A stretch of 48,367 bases of DNA from Oligoflexales bacterium (GTDB lineage Bacteria; Bdellovibrionota_B; Oligoflexia; Oligoflexales; Bog-1112). A program made the position numbers and the translations under genes. How positions within the stretch are numbered: position 1 is the first letter of the stretch; every line of letters starts with the position of its first letter. The stretch spans positions 1-48,367 of the forward strand of contig JBGCEP010000067.1 in the NCBI GenBank assembly GCA_045106415.1, read 5' to 3'. Shown one piece after another: positions 17,346 through 27,678 of this stretch. The notes under the pieces were generated by a model. That model was not told the origin of the DNA. It saw nothing but the letters and a program-made list of their open reading frames with translations, and did not search any database.

Positions 17346-18617
17346 GTGACAACAAAACAAACCCGAAGAAGATTCATCCAAAAAACATCAAAAACAATTA
17401 TAGCCTCTCACGCTCTCCCTTATACTCCTAAAATATTTGCAAAAAAAAATAAAATAGTCTTACGAGTTATTGGGACGCATGTCACTTTACAAGAAGTTAT
17501 TAGAAAACAAGCCATGAAAGATTTGGGTATTCATATAGTTTTCGAACCTGCAGGAAGTGCTTCTGTATTACAAAAAGCTGCAGCCGACCCAAGTTCTTTT
17601 GATGTTTATGAGCAGTGGTCTGACAGTATTAATATCCTGTGGCAAGCCAAAGCAATACAACCTCTTGAGATAGAAAAAATTCAAAAATGGAAGGACATAA
17701 ATCCTCTAACCAAAATAGGAAAAGTAACCCCAGAAGCACAGTATGGAGCAGGCGATGCACCATATAAAATACTATATGTTCAAAAAGATAAAAGTCTCGG
17801 TTCAAAGCCAACTCCCTATATTAGCTTTATGCCATATGTGCATAATGTTGATTCTTTTGGATACAACACCGACCATATCGCTAAAGGTGAAGCTTACAAG
17901 ACAGAAAGCTGGGCATGGCTCTTAGACGATAAACACCGTGGAAAAGTAGGGCTCGTCAACGCTCCCACTATTGGTATTTTTGACATGGCTCTTGCCGCTC
18001 AAGCTGCAAATTTAATGAAGTTTAATGACATAGGTAATATGACAACAACAGAAATTGACCAATTATTTGATATATTAAACGAAAAAAAACAAAAAGGTCA
18101 CTTTTCTGGATTTTGGAATTCAGTTCCACAATCAGTAAATTTTATGGTGAAAAAAAGAGTTTATATACAAAGTATGTTTTCTCCAGGTGTTTCCGAAGCA
18201 AAAGGAAAAGGAATCCCCGTCACCTATGCGTCACCTAAAGAGGGTTTTCGAGCATGGCATGGAGTGATGTGTCTTTCTTCAAAAACAGAAGGACATACTA
18301 AAGATGCCGCATATGAATATATGAACTGGTGGCTATCTGGGTGGCCTGGAGCGTTTATTGCTCGCCAAGGATATTACATTTCAAATCCTGAGCAATCCCA
18401 ACCTCTACTACCAGCGGAAGAATGGGACTTTTGGTACAAAGGAGCGGAAGCCAAAAAAGACCTTAAAGGTCCTGATGGGAAAATTACGATTTATCAAGGA
18501 CAAAAACGTGATGGCGGATCTTATTTTAAACGTTTTAATCATATCGCAGTTTGGAACACCGTTATGAACAACTATGATTATAGCTTAGATAAATGGTATA
18601 ATTTTTTAAATTACTAA
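17346..18617 (+). CDS. Tat-exported periplasmic solute-binding protein (PotD/PotF-like fold)
   Basis: Twin-arginine TRRRFIQ signal; YASPKEGFRAWHG...DAAYEYMNWWLSG, as in the PKEG-W motif of PotD-family SBPs. Confidence 0.85.
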   Translation: MTTKQTRRRFIQKTSKTIIASHALPYTPKIFAKKNKIVLRVIGTHVTLQEVIRKQAMKDLGIHIVFEPAGSASVLQKAAADPSSFDVYEQWSDSINILWQAKAIQPLEIEKIQKWKDINPLTKIGKVTPEAQYGAGDAPYKILYVQKDKSLGSKPTPYISFMPYVHNVDSFGYNTDHIAKGEAYKTESWAWLLDDKHRGKVGLVNAPTIGIFDMALAAQAANLMKFNDIGNMTTTEIDQLFDILNEKKQKGHFSGFWNSVPQSVNFMVKKRVYIQSMFSPGVSEAKGKGIPVTYASPKEGFRAWHGVMCLSSKTEGHTKDAAYEYMNWWLSGWPGAFIARQGYYISNPEQSQPLLPAEEWDFWYKGAEAKKDLKGPDGKITIYQGQKRDGGSYFKRFNHIAVWNTVMNNYDYSLDKWYNFLNY

Positions 18618-18644
18618 ATTTATAATTTTTAGGTAATAAAAGAC

Positions 18645-20915
18645 ATGAAAAGGATTTCTTTTCCTTGGGAAAATTTATCTATCAGACTCAAAATTTTATG
18701 TGGGTTTGCTATCATATGTTTAATCTTTATTTTCCATGCCGTCCTACATTTTCAAACAATGTTACAGATTTCTCAATCTTTTACTGCATTAGAAAAACTT
18801 ACACAAAACACTATCCAAACTCTCGATATTGATAAAGATGTTTTAGACTTACAAAAGTCTGCACTCGACTATGGACAAAATGGAAATGAAAAAGTTTTTA
18901 ATAAAATGGAACTAAAGTTCCACACTATATCAAAAAACATTCAAGATATTTCAAAAAAACAACTCGACCAAGAAAATTTAAACCTTATTAAGAGCATGGA
19001 TGATATCGCACAAAAATATGGTGAAAATATTTCCAGCCTAAATAAAAGCTATCAATATCGAGAAAACATCACAAAAATTCAGCTCCCAGAAATTATAAAA
19101 AAAGGGACTTTGCTCTTTCAAGAAATGTCTGAAAATTCATCACAAGACAAACCTGAGATTCAAAAAAAGAAACAAAAAGCTCTACAGTATTGGCTTGAAA
19201 TCCATATTCACGCAAAAGCATTTTTAGAAGAAAAAAAATTTCAAGACAAACAAGAAGTTTATAAAAAGATAAAATTCTTAAAAGAATTATCAACACATCA
19301 AGAAATCCAAAAACAAAATCTCACACAGAACAATACATCATTCATTTCATTACATGCCATGCTCGATAATTTTATTGATATTTTTGATCAAGCAGTACAA
19401 GCCAACCGTGTTTATTTTTCTCTTGTCAATGTCGTTATGTCTGGTGAAGCTCTTGAATTTGCAAATATCGCAAAAAAATTACGCATAAAAACTCTTAAGA
19501 GGCTTGAAGCGACAGGACGTAAAAGACAAGATGAATTCGATTATCTGAAATTTTTATTCATTTTTACTCTAATTTTAACATTACCTATCTTTATCCTCAT
19601 AATATTCATTAACACAAATATTTCTCAGAGCTTACGCAAGATATCTGATACTTTTTCAAAACTTCTTAATGGTGACTTTACAGAAAACATACCTGGAATT
19701 GAGAGAAAAGATGAAATTGGTCAACTCGCTAATGCTGCGAACGCCTTTAAGGAGATGAGTAGAAAGCTTCAACTTTCAAAAATAACAGCAGAAAAATCCA
19801 CAAAAACAAAATCTGAATTTCTCGCAAATATGAGTCATGAAATACGGACTCCTATGAATGGAATCTTAGGGATGATCTCTCTTATGCAAGAAACACAAAT
19901 ATCGCAAAAACAACGGCATATGCTCGACACGATGTCATCGTGTGGAGATAGCCTATTAACAATATTAAATGACATCCTTGACTTCAGTAAGATAGAATCT
20001 GGGAAAATAGATTTTGAAGAAAGACCATTCTCTATTAAAGAAAGTATCGACAATATACTTTTTCTCTTTGAAAACGTCGCTCATAAAAAACAAATCCAAT
20101 TCACTTGCGACATCATACACCAAGATATTCCACCTTATGTCTTAGGCGATATCACTAGAGTAAAACAAGTTCTCACGAACCTTGTGAGTAACGCTTTAAA
20201 GTTTACAGAAAAAGGATTTGTCAAACTCGAAGTTGACTTACTAAATCAGAAAAAAATTAATAGCTTCAACATACGTTTTTCTATTAAAGACAGCGGCATT
20301 GGAATGACTCAAGAAGAACAAAAGAAACTCTTTCAGGCTTTTTCTCAAGCAGACACATCGATTACTCGCAAGTTTGGGGGGACAGGACTTGGTTTAGCCA
20401 TTTCTTCTAAAATAATAAAAATGATGGGAGGTAAAATAAATGTCGTAAGCGAAAAAGGCAAAGGTTCTCATTTTTATTTTGATCTTCATTTTGAAAAATC
20501 TTCACCTCCTCAGACAACACAATCTTTAGCGAAAAAAAGCACAAAAACAACAACACAACTCAACATACTGCTAGCTGAGGATAATATTATAAATATAGAG
20601 ATTGCTTGTCTCATGCTAAAGCAATTAGGCCACTCGGTTGATGTGGCTCACAATGGCTTAGAAGCGGTCGAAATGGAAAAAAAATTTCAATACGACGTTA
20701 TTCTAATGGATATGCAAATGCCAATTATGGATGGTGTCACATCTGCAGCAGCCATTAAAAAATCATCAAACATTCCAATTATTGCAGTCACCGCAAATGT
20801 ACTTCCTGAAGATAAAAACAAATGCATTAAAGCAGGTATGGAAATATTTCTTACGAAGCCCATGAGCCGTGACAGCTTGGAAAAAGCCCTTGGACAAATA
20901 AAAAAACAGCCCTAA
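18645..20915 (+). CDS. Hybrid sensor histidine kinase (periplasmic helical sensor, HAMP, HisKA, HATPase, REC)
   Basis: Two TMs; RKDEIGQLA HAMP; FLANMSHEIRTPMNG H-box; NLVSNALKFT, DSGIG, FGGTGLGL; REC LLAEDN...ILMDMQMP. Confidence 0.96.
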   Translation: MKRISFPWENLSIRLKILCGFAIICLIFIFHAVLHFQTMLQISQSFTALEKLTQNTIQTLDIDKDVLDLQKSALDYGQNGNEKVFNKMELKFHTISKNIQDISKKQLDQENLNLIKSMDDIAQKYGENISSLNKSYQYRENITKIQLPEIIKKGTLLFQEMSENSSQDKPEIQKKKQKALQYWLEIHIHAKAFLEEKKFQDKQEVYKKIKFLKELSTHQEIQKQNLTQNNTSFISLHAMLDNFIDIFDQAVQANRVYFSLVNVVMSGEALEFANIAKKLRIKTLKRLEATGRKRQDEFDYLKFLFIFTLILTLPIFILIIFINTNISQSLRKISDTFSKLLNGDFTENIPGIERKDEIGQLANAANAFKEMSRKLQLSKITAEKSTKTKSEFLANMSHEIRTPMNGILGMISLMQETQISQKQRHMLDTMSSCGDSLLTILNDILDFSKIESGKIDFEERPFSIKESIDNILFLFENVAHKKQIQFTCDIIHQDIPPYVLGDITRVKQVLTNLVSNALKFTEKGFVKLEVDLLNQKKINSFNIRFSIKDSGIGMTQEEQKKLFQAFSQADTSITRKFGGTGLGLAISSKIIKMMGGKINVVSEKGKGSHFYFDLHFEKSSPPQTTQSLAKKSTKTTTQLNILLAEDNIINIEIACLMLKQLGHSVDVAHNGLEAVEMEKKFQYDVILMDMQMPIMDGVTSAAAIKKSSNIPIIAVTANVLPEDKNKCIKAGMEIFLTKPMSRDSLEKALGQIKKQP

Positions 20916-20932
20916 AACACAGAGCTGTTTTT
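20902..20932. terminator. Bidirectional intrinsic terminator candidate
   Basis: AAAAACAGC-N13-GCTGTTTTT between the convergent kinase and nrdB. Confidence 0.55.
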
Positions 20933-20951
20933 CAAAGTAAATTTTAAAATC

Positions 20952-21947
20952 TTAAAAATCTTCATTAAAAGAGACATCACCTTCGATTCCAACCTGATAA
21001 GCAGAAACACGTCGTTCAAAGAAGTTTGTTAATTCTTGAACGTCTTGTAGTTCCATAAAAGGAAATGGATTCTTTGAATGATAAATCGGCGTCATCCCTA
21101 AGTTCATCAAACGCTGATCTGCGGTATATTGCAGATATTCTCTCATGTCTTTAAGCGATAACCCGATCACACCTTCTTGCAGAACATCTTCAGCAAAGGC
21201 CATTTCACATTCTATAGCCTCATCAATCATGCAAGTGACATTTTTCACCATCTCATCATCAAATAAATCAGGCTCTTCACGACGCACTGTCTTCACAACA
21301 TCGAAAGCAAAATTCATATGACAACTTTCATCGCGAAACACCCAGTTGGTACCTGTTGCTAAGCCATGCAATAGTCCACGAGATCTTAAAAAATATACAT
21401 ATGCAAAAGCTGCAAAAAAGAATAAGCCTTCAATGCAAGCAGCAAAACAGATAAGATTTAATAAAAACTGCTTACGCTCTTCTTTTGTCTCAATTCGTTG
21501 AAGCCCTTGAATCGATTCAATCCATTTTTGACAGAACTCTCCCTTACGCTTAATCGAAGGAATGGTATGAATAGCTTGAAACGCCTGAGCTCTTTCGTCT
21601 GCATCAGGAAGGTATGTATCGATCAGAGTTAAATAAAACTGAACATGTAACGCTTCTTCGTACAGTTGACGCGACAAATACATTCTCGCTTCAGGGGAGT
21701 TTATGTGCTGATAAAGGTTGAGGACTAAATTATTTGAAACAATAGAGTCTCCAGTGGCAAAAAAGGCCACAAGACGCTTAATCAAATGTTGCTCTCCATC
21801 AGAAAGCTTACTTAAATCTGAAACATCATTTGAAAAATCAACTTCTTCAACTGTCCAAGTATTCTTAATCGCATCACGATACATATCGTAAAAAGCAGGG
21901 TAGCGCATAGGGCGCAAAGTTAATTCATATCCAGGATCAAGCAACAT
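20952..21947 (-). CDS. nrdB: Class Ia ribonucleotide reductase beta subunit
   Basis: Diiron ligands GDSIV, EEALH, IEG, RDESCH; radical Tyr in HVQFY; NFFERRVSAY C-terminal tail. Confidence 0.96.
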   Translation of the reverse strand: MLLDPGYELTLRPMRYPAFYDMYRDAIKNTWTVEEVDFSNDVSDLSKLSDGEQHLIKRLVAFFATGDSIVSNNLVLNLYQHINSPEARMYLSRQLYEEALHVQFYLTLIDTYLPDADERAQAFQAIHTIPSIKRKGEFCQKWIESIQGLQRIETKEERKQFLLNLICFAACIEGLFFFAAFAYVYFLRSRGLLHGLATGTNWVFRDESCHMNFAFDVVKTVRREEPDLFDDEMVKNVTCMIDEAIECEMAFAEDVLQEGVIGLSLKDMREYLQYTADQRLMNLGMTPIYHSKNPFPFMELQDVQELTNFFERRVSAYQVGIEGDVSFNEDF

Positions 21948-21971
21948 AACTAAATTCCTTCTCTAAAAAAT

Positions 21972-24308
21972 CTAAGTACACGATTCACATGCTTCAGGGT
22001 TTTCTAATGAGCAAGAAATTGCTTCTTGCTGCGATACAGTCGCTTTATGAATACTAGTTGAGCCACGAGAACGGAGGTAATAAGTCGTTTTCAAACCTTT
22101 TTTCCATGCATATGCATACATCGAAGACATCTTTCCAATCGTTGGGTTCTGCATAAACAAGTTTAAAGATTGACTTTGATCTAAATAAGCACCGCGATCA
22201 GCAGCCATATCAATCAACGACCTCATAGGAATTTCCCAAGCCGTGCGATAAATATCTTTTAATTTTTGTGGAATTTCAGGAATATCTTGAATAGAGCCTT
22301 CAGCAACTTTAATTTTTTCACGAATACGCTCACTCCATAGACCTAAGCGCCGTAAATCTTTCACAAGGTATGGATTCACCTGTAGAAACTCACCTGATAA
22401 AGTTTCTCTTTTAAAGAGATTTGACACCATTGGCTCAATGCACTCATAAGCGCCCGTAATAGAAGCAATCGTTGCAGTCGGAGCAATCGCTGTTGTCAAA
22501 GAGTTTCGAAGACCGTATTGCTTGATCTCTTCACGCAGTGTATCCCAGCGTGCTGTATTCTTAGGTTGCACACCCCAAAGCTCAAATTGAAGAACACCCT
22601 GAGCAGCACGCGTTTCTTCAAAAGAAGGGTGGGCTCCATGTTCTTTTGCGAGTTCACATGATGTTTTCAAGGCATGGTAATAGATCTCTTCTTGAATTTT
22701 CTTAGAAAGTTCACGAGCTTCTTCACCATCAAAAACGAGACCAAGCTCAAAAAAGACATTTTGCAGCCCCATCAAACCCAATCCAATTGGTCGCCAACGC
22801 TTATTAGAGTTTTGCGCCCCAGCAATAGGATAAAAATTGATATCAATCACACGATCCAATTGTCGCACAGCAATACGGACATTTTTTGCCAAACGCTCAA
22901 AATCAAAAGCACCATCAGCGACATATCGTCCAGCATTAATCGAGCCAAGATTACACACTGCTGTTTCTGCTTCTGTTGTAACTTCAAGAATTTCTGTGCA
23001 AAGGTTCGAAAGATGGATGACATTTTCTTTACGAGATGTTTGGTTGGACTTTAGGTTACTTGCATCCTTAAAAGTCATCCACCCATTGCCTGTTTGAGCT
23101 AAGGTTTTCATCATAGCACCATAAAGGTCTCGGGCTGGCATCGTACGTGCAGCCTTACCTTCAAATTCTGCTTGCTCATAAACACGCTTAAAGTCTTCAC
23201 CATAACTATCGACAAGTTCCGGTACTTCTGCCGGATCAAATAAAGACCAATCTTTATCTTCTTGAACTCTCTGCATAAATAAATCTGGAATCCAGTTCGC
23301 TAAATTCACATTATGAGCTCGTAAAGCGTGATCACCTGTATTATCACGCAGAGAAAGAAAATCCATCACATCTGCATGCCAAGGCTCTAGATAAACACAA
23401 GAAGCCCCTTTTCTTTTACCACCTTGATTCACAGCCGCCACGCTCGAATCCAAAGTTTTCAAAAATGGGATAATGCCATTCGATTTACCGTTTGTTCCAC
23501 GAATCAAAGATCCACGGCTTCGCACACGACTAAAAGCTAATCCAATACCACCTGCGAACTTCGAGAGCAAAGCAACATCGGTATAGCGACTATAGATCGC
23601 CTCTAAAGAATCCTTAGGAGAATCAAGCAAATAACATGACGACATCTGTGGATGGCAGGTACCTGAATTAAATAGTGTGGGAGTTGCAGCCATGTACTCA
23701 AAAGAAGATAAAAGGCGATAAAATTCTAAGACCTCTTCAACATCTTGAGACAAACCACAAGCAATTCTCATAAAGAAGTACTGTGGAGACTCAATAATAC
23801 TTCGATTTTCTGGGTCTCTTAATAAATAACGGTCATATACAGTTTTAAGACCAAAAAATTCAAATAAATCACAACGCTCCTCTAAAATCGAAGAATCAAA
23901 GTGATGAGCATGCTTACTAACAAATTCTCCCACCTTTGGAGAAATCAAACCGACCAAGACACCTTTCTGAATACTCGCAGAAAAAGAATGTATCTCTTGC
24001 ACAGCCAATTCTTTGTCTAGATAGTTCGTTAAGAGACGAGCCGCCAACCTGGAATACTCTGGCTCTTCCGATATCAGCATTGACGCTGTTTGCATCAACA
24101 AACCATCGAGCTCTTTTGTTGTGACACCATCATAGATTCCACTGATAGCGCGGCTAGCAACAAGGTATGGGTTAATATGATTTAAACCAGCTCCATATCG
24201 AGCCACTTTTTTGGTAATCTGAATTACATCAACAGGTTCGAAAGAACCATCACGTTTTCGAACCCTCATCGCTGGTTCGTTGGAGGTTGTAGGCATCATA
24301 TCAGTCAT
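21972..24308 (-). CDS. nrdA: Class Ia ribonucleotide reductase alpha subunit with ATP cone
   Basis: VRKRDG ATP cone, PTLFNSG, MSSCY, SNLCTEI, VCNLGS, APTAT, KTTYY, C-terminal CESC. Confidence 0.97.
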   Translation of the reverse strand: MTDMMPTTSNEPAMRVRKRDGSFEPVDVIQITKKVARYGAGLNHINPYLVASRAISGIYDGVTTKELDGLLMQTASMLISEEPEYSRLAARLLTNYLDKELAVQEIHSFSASIQKGVLVGLISPKVGEFVSKHAHHFDSSILEERCDLFEFFGLKTVYDRYLLRDPENRSIIESPQYFFMRIACGLSQDVEEVLEFYRLLSSFEYMAATPTLFNSGTCHPQMSSCYLLDSPKDSLEAIYSRYTDVALLSKFAGGIGLAFSRVRSRGSLIRGTNGKSNGIIPFLKTLDSSVAAVNQGGKRKGASCVYLEPWHADVMDFLSLRDNTGDHALRAHNVNLANWIPDLFMQRVQEDKDWSLFDPAEVPELVDSYGEDFKRVYEQAEFEGKAARTMPARDLYGAMMKTLAQTGNGWMTFKDASNLKSNQTSRKENVIHLSNLCTEILEVTTEAETAVCNLGSINAGRYVADGAFDFERLAKNVRIAVRQLDRVIDINFYPIAGAQNSNKRWRPIGLGLMGLQNVFFELGLVFDGEEARELSKKIQEEIYYHALKTSCELAKEHGAHPSFEETRAAQGVLQFELWGVQPKNTARWDTLREEIKQYGLRNSLTTAIAPTATIASITGAYECIEPMVSNLFKRETLSGEFLQVNPYLVKDLRRLGLWSERIREKIKVAEGSIQDIPEIPQKLKDIYRTAWEIPMRSLIDMAADRGAYLDQSQSLNLFMQNPTIGKMSSMYAYAWKKGLKTTYYLRSRGSTSIHKATVSQQEAISCSLENPEACESCT

Positions 24309-24369
24309 AGAGTTCCTCAGGGTGTTGAATCAGCACTTGGAGAGCAGGCTGTGCGCCATTACTTCTTTA

Positions 24370-24417
24370 GTAGCATATATAGCGTTTCGTAGGTCCGTCA
24401 ATCGCCAAATATAGTGG
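24370..24417 (-). promoter_or_regulatory. Tandem NrdR boxes overlapping the nrdA promoter
   Basis: Minus strand CCACTATATTTGGCGA (24417-24402) and ACGCTATATATGCTAC (24385-24370), 32 bp apart, against consensus acaCwAtATaTwGtgt; they flank or overlap TTGACG-N18-TATGCT. Confidence 0.8.
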
Positions 24418-24438
24418 CTTTAAGATCAAGAGGTTGTC

Positions 24439-25203
24439 ATGCACTCGTTCTCTCTCTATCCCGATATACCCTACCAGACCTTCGGGGAAGGTCAACGCTT
24501 CATCACATTATTAAATGGTTTTATGAGACCTCAAAAAGATTTTGGCAAAATCGCCAAAATCCTCAGCAAAGAAGGATTTAAGGTTATAACAATGGATTTT
24601 AGAGGCAGTGGGAGCCACACGGTCAGCAATCCTTTTTCCATTCAGGATTTAGCCTCTGATGTTGAAAGGGTTTGGTCTAAAGTTGGAGTCAAAAAAACAG
24701 CTCTCATAGGAATATCTATGGGTGGAATTGTTGCTCAAGAGCTTCTCCATCGGAACAAAGATATTTTAAATCAAGTCACTCTTGTTTCCACAAGCAGGAG
24801 CATACAAGAGCTAAGAAAGCCCTCACCTAACTGGGAAGAAGGTAGCGCAAATATTTTACAAAAATATGTTTCAACCCATTTTAATAAGCAGCATAAAGTT
24901 CTCATCCAAGCGATGGGTAAAGCTATGGATACAATGTGGCAAGATGCCCAACACAAGCAGGCCGGTGAATGGCAAAGACATGCTATTCAAAACTGGGTAC
25001 CACCCAATAAACCTCATGCCTCAATCCCTGTTTGTGTTCTGCATGGTAGTGAAGATCTTGTATTTCCCATATCTTCTGCTATAGACCTCTCAAAAAATTA
25101 TCAAGCCTCTATGCATATCTTTGACGGTCACGGTCATCTACTCATCGCAGAAAGCCCCCAAGAGCTCTATGCAGTCATTTTAGAACAGCTTTCTGTACTA
25201 TAA
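24439..25203 (+). CDS. Alpha/beta fold hydrolase
   Basis: LLNGF, DFRGSG, GISMGG nucleophile elbow, HGSED and GHGHL (Ser-Asp-His triad). Confidence 0.92.
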   Translation: MHSFSLYPDIPYQTFGEGQRFITLLNGFMRPQKDFGKIAKILSKEGFKVITMDFRGSGSHTVSNPFSIQDLASDVERVWSKVGVKKTALIGISMGGIVAQELLHRNKDILNQVTLVSTSRSIQELRKPSPNWEEGSANILQKYVSTHFNKQHKVLIQAMGKAMDTMWQDAQHKQAGEWQRHAIQNWVPPNKPHASIPVCVLHGSEDLVFPISSAIDLSKNYQASMHIFDGHGHLLIAESPQELYAVILEQLSVL

Positions 25204-25205
25204 AA

Positions 25206-25239
25206 AACCGTTAACTTCTGTAATTTAGAGTTAACGGTT
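25206..25239. terminator. Bidirectional terminator hairpin
   Basis: AACCGTTAACT-N12-AGTTAACGGTT, flanked by A and T tracts, between convergent genes. Confidence 0.7.
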
Positions 25240-25257
25240 CTTTATATAAAAGCGCGT

Positions 25258-27678
25258 TTATACAAGTGCGTCATACTGTCCAGAATTTAAGCGACGATAT
25301 GTCACTCCATCATCATCGATCCTAAGAAGATGAAGCCAGCCGTTTTCAATTAAATTTCGTACATGAGTATGCTTCTGAATAATACCTTCAATAGCATCTA
25401 AAGGAGCTTCAATATAAACGCTTAAACGAAGTGGTTCATGCAACATTTTCTGGCCATTATGCACAGACTGCATGGGCAATCCTATTTTCAAGTCTCCTCC
25501 ATTTCCTTCATAAACACCAGATTCATTTACAAGATTATGCAAAATTTTATTACCAGCTCCATAAACACCTGGCATCATAGATGAATAATAATACTGTAAA
25601 TTAATCCAATTCGTCACAACCATCGGCGCTGTCATAATCAACTCAAGAGTATTAAAATCTTTATCATTTCTCCATGTATAATCATGTAAAAAACTACGCC
25701 CTTCTAACGAGACATTCTGAGTTCTTGATCTCGGAGCTACGACAAAAGAGTGATTCCCTGTTAATCCCCATTCTGGTCGAACTTCAGCCCAATTCGTAGA
25801 CCTTCTTTGTGCAGTATCGTCTCTAAAGCCAAATATTTTCTTTCTCTTTTTTTGGCTTAATTTCGCTACTTCTCTTAATTTTTTTTGAAAAAACTCCAAT
25901 TTTTTATCCGTGTCATCAAATAAAAAATGAACTTCATCAGTAACTGTCTCGTGAAGAGCTGGGATAAATTTTGTGTTTTGAGGTATCTCTACACCATAAA
26001 CATTTTTTAATTTTTCTCTTACATCAGTACGATTCATTAAATAGCACAACACCTGAGAGTTCACATCCCCCGAATGCCCACCACACGCACCACAATGCAA
26101 AGATGATCCAAAGGCATTATTTCGAGTTTGACTTCCATGTCCAACGATAACAATACGCTCAGCATATTGTGTAATCCCCATGTGTCGTAATATATTTGCA
26201 CAAGAGAATGCTAATTCATCAACGGATACGATGTCATTATTTTCTTTAGATATCCTAATATTTTCTGGATTAATAGTTTGACACACATCGGAACTCAAAT
26301 TCTTTTTCCAAAAAGGAAAAAAAGATTCATAAAGTAATGAGAAAAAAGAAAAAAATCCAAAAAACTCCACATAAGAAAAAGATGAAAAAGATTGCTTTCT
26401 CATATTTTTAAGAAATTTCATTATAGAAGATTTCACAACTTTGCACATAGAATTATCTTCTCTATTTTCTAAGCGATAAGCAGATTTTAAAAGGACAGGT
26501 AATCTTTTTTGTTCATCAGAGTGATGTTGAATTTTATATTCAACAGGGAGACCAAAAAATCCCGCAAAACCTATGGTTTGAGTATTCTCGATGTTTTCTT
26601 CGATAGACTTCCTTAAAATTTCGGACCTAACATCGATACAAAAAACCATCTGGTATTTTTTTTGTGTTATTTTTTCAGCATGAAAAGACAATTTCTTATT
26701 AAATTTTTCTTGCCTTGTCCATTCCCATGCTAAATGCCAAACGCTTTTAAAATTTTCAGGTTCACAATCATCTTGATTTTTATCACGATTCACCTGAGTT
26801 AAAAAATCTCTTTTTCTTGCTTTTTTAGATTCTATAAAAATACCATAATCATATGCAACCATCACACAAAGCATATCAACAGGATAGCTCACGCCATCTG
26901 CGCTATATCCAACAGATTTTTCCCATTGATCTTTTGCAAAAACACTCGACCACCCTAAAACAAAAGAAAGGTTTCTTTGTAAATAAAAAGCAATGTCTTT
27001 CTCATCCTTTAACCCTAAATTTTTTAACATAAAGACTAGTGCTTGGTTTAAGTCTTTATTTCGAAGACCATCAAAACATCTTGAAAAATTTTTAAAACCA
27101 TAATGTTTCATTGAATCATCATAATTTAAGGTATCTAGCCAATAGATCCAGAAAGATTGATTTTTTTCCTCTCCTACTAATGACTGCCTCTCATCTAAGT
27201 ACCTTGCAGCATGGTTTCCTGCTTCTGCGACAATCAACTCATTCCAATTATTACCTAAATAAAACTCAGTGTAATTTTTCACATTAAATTCATCACATGG
27301 TCCGAGAGATAATTTATTCGATTCTGTAATAAAATTATCAAAATCAAAAGAAAAATTATATTTTTGTTGTGCAAAAGCTTTTTTTAATGGAATTAGATGA
27401 ATATCACCTTCTTCAAAAAATTTACAATAAGTTTTCAGATTATAAAAAGCACTTGTGTGATTAAATTTTTTCACTTCTTTCATTACAGTTGAAAAATCTC
27501 TATCTCTTAAATTCCAGAATGGATTTACCGCAACTGCATTTTGCAATGGCCATGACGGCATCACATATTTCATTACACTTTGTACAATATCATCTACGTC
27601 TATTTTTTTTTCATCATAAGTATAATCTTGAATACCTTCATGTGAAATCACATAATTATCATTGTTATCTCTAAGCAT
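25258..27678 (-). CDS. dabA: DabA/MpsB (DUF2309, UPF0753) beta-carbonic-anhydrase-like subunit of an inorganic carbon pump
   Basis: P.WPL...VAVNPF; FCIDVRSE, T.GFAGFFG, GHGS...NN...LHCGACGG (Zn ligands C, D, H, C), WAEVRPEWGL, GRSFLHDY, IMTAPMVVTNWINLQYY, HEPLRL; start at 27678 after GAGG. Confidence 0.95.
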   Translation of the reverse strand: MLRDNNDNYVISHEGIQDYTYDEKKIDVDDIVQSVMKYVMPSWPLQNAVAVNPFWNLRDRDFSTVMKEVKKFNHTSAFYNLKTYCKFFEEGDIHLIPLKKAFAQQKYNFSFDFDNFITESNKLSLGPCDEFNVKNYTEFYLGNNWNELIVAEAGNHAARYLDERQSLVGEEKNQSFWIYWLDTLNYDDSMKHYGFKNFSRCFDGLRNKDLNQALVFMLKNLGLKDEKDIAFYLQRNLSFVLGWSSVFAKDQWEKSVGYSADGVSYPVDMLCVMVAYDYGIFIESKKARKRDFLTQVNRDKNQDDCEPENFKSVWHLAWEWTRQEKFNKKLSFHAEKITQKKYQMVFCIDVRSEILRKSIEENIENTQTIGFAGFFGLPVEYKIQHHSDEQKRLPVLLKSAYRLENREDNSMCKVVKSSIMKFLKNMRKQSFSSFSYVEFFGFFSFFSLLYESFFPFWKKNLSSDVCQTINPENIRISKENNDIVSVDELAFSCANILRHMGITQYAERIVIVGHGSQTRNNAFGSSLHCGACGGHSGDVNSQVLCYLMNRTDVREKLKNVYGVEIPQNTKFIPALHETVTDEVHFLFDDTDKKLEFFQKKLREVAKLSQKKRKKIFGFRDDTAQRRSTNWAEVRPEWGLTGNHSFVVAPRSRTQNVSLEGRSFLHDYTWRNDKDFNTLELIMTAPMVVTNWINLQYYYSSMMPGVYGAGNKILHNLVNESGVYEGNGGDLKIGLPMQSVHNGQKMLHEPLRLSVYIEAPLDAIEGIIQKHTHVRNLIENGWLHLLRIDDDGVTYRRLNSGQYDALV

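Noticed and set aside
21972..24308. Intein or intron in nrdA
   Set aside because: Normal length with contiguous catalytic motifs and no splice-junction signatures.
24309..24438. Cobalamin riboswitch upstream of nrdAB, as in Streptomyces
   Set aside because: The intergenic region is only 130 bp, has no B12-box, and is explained by the promoter and NrdR boxes.
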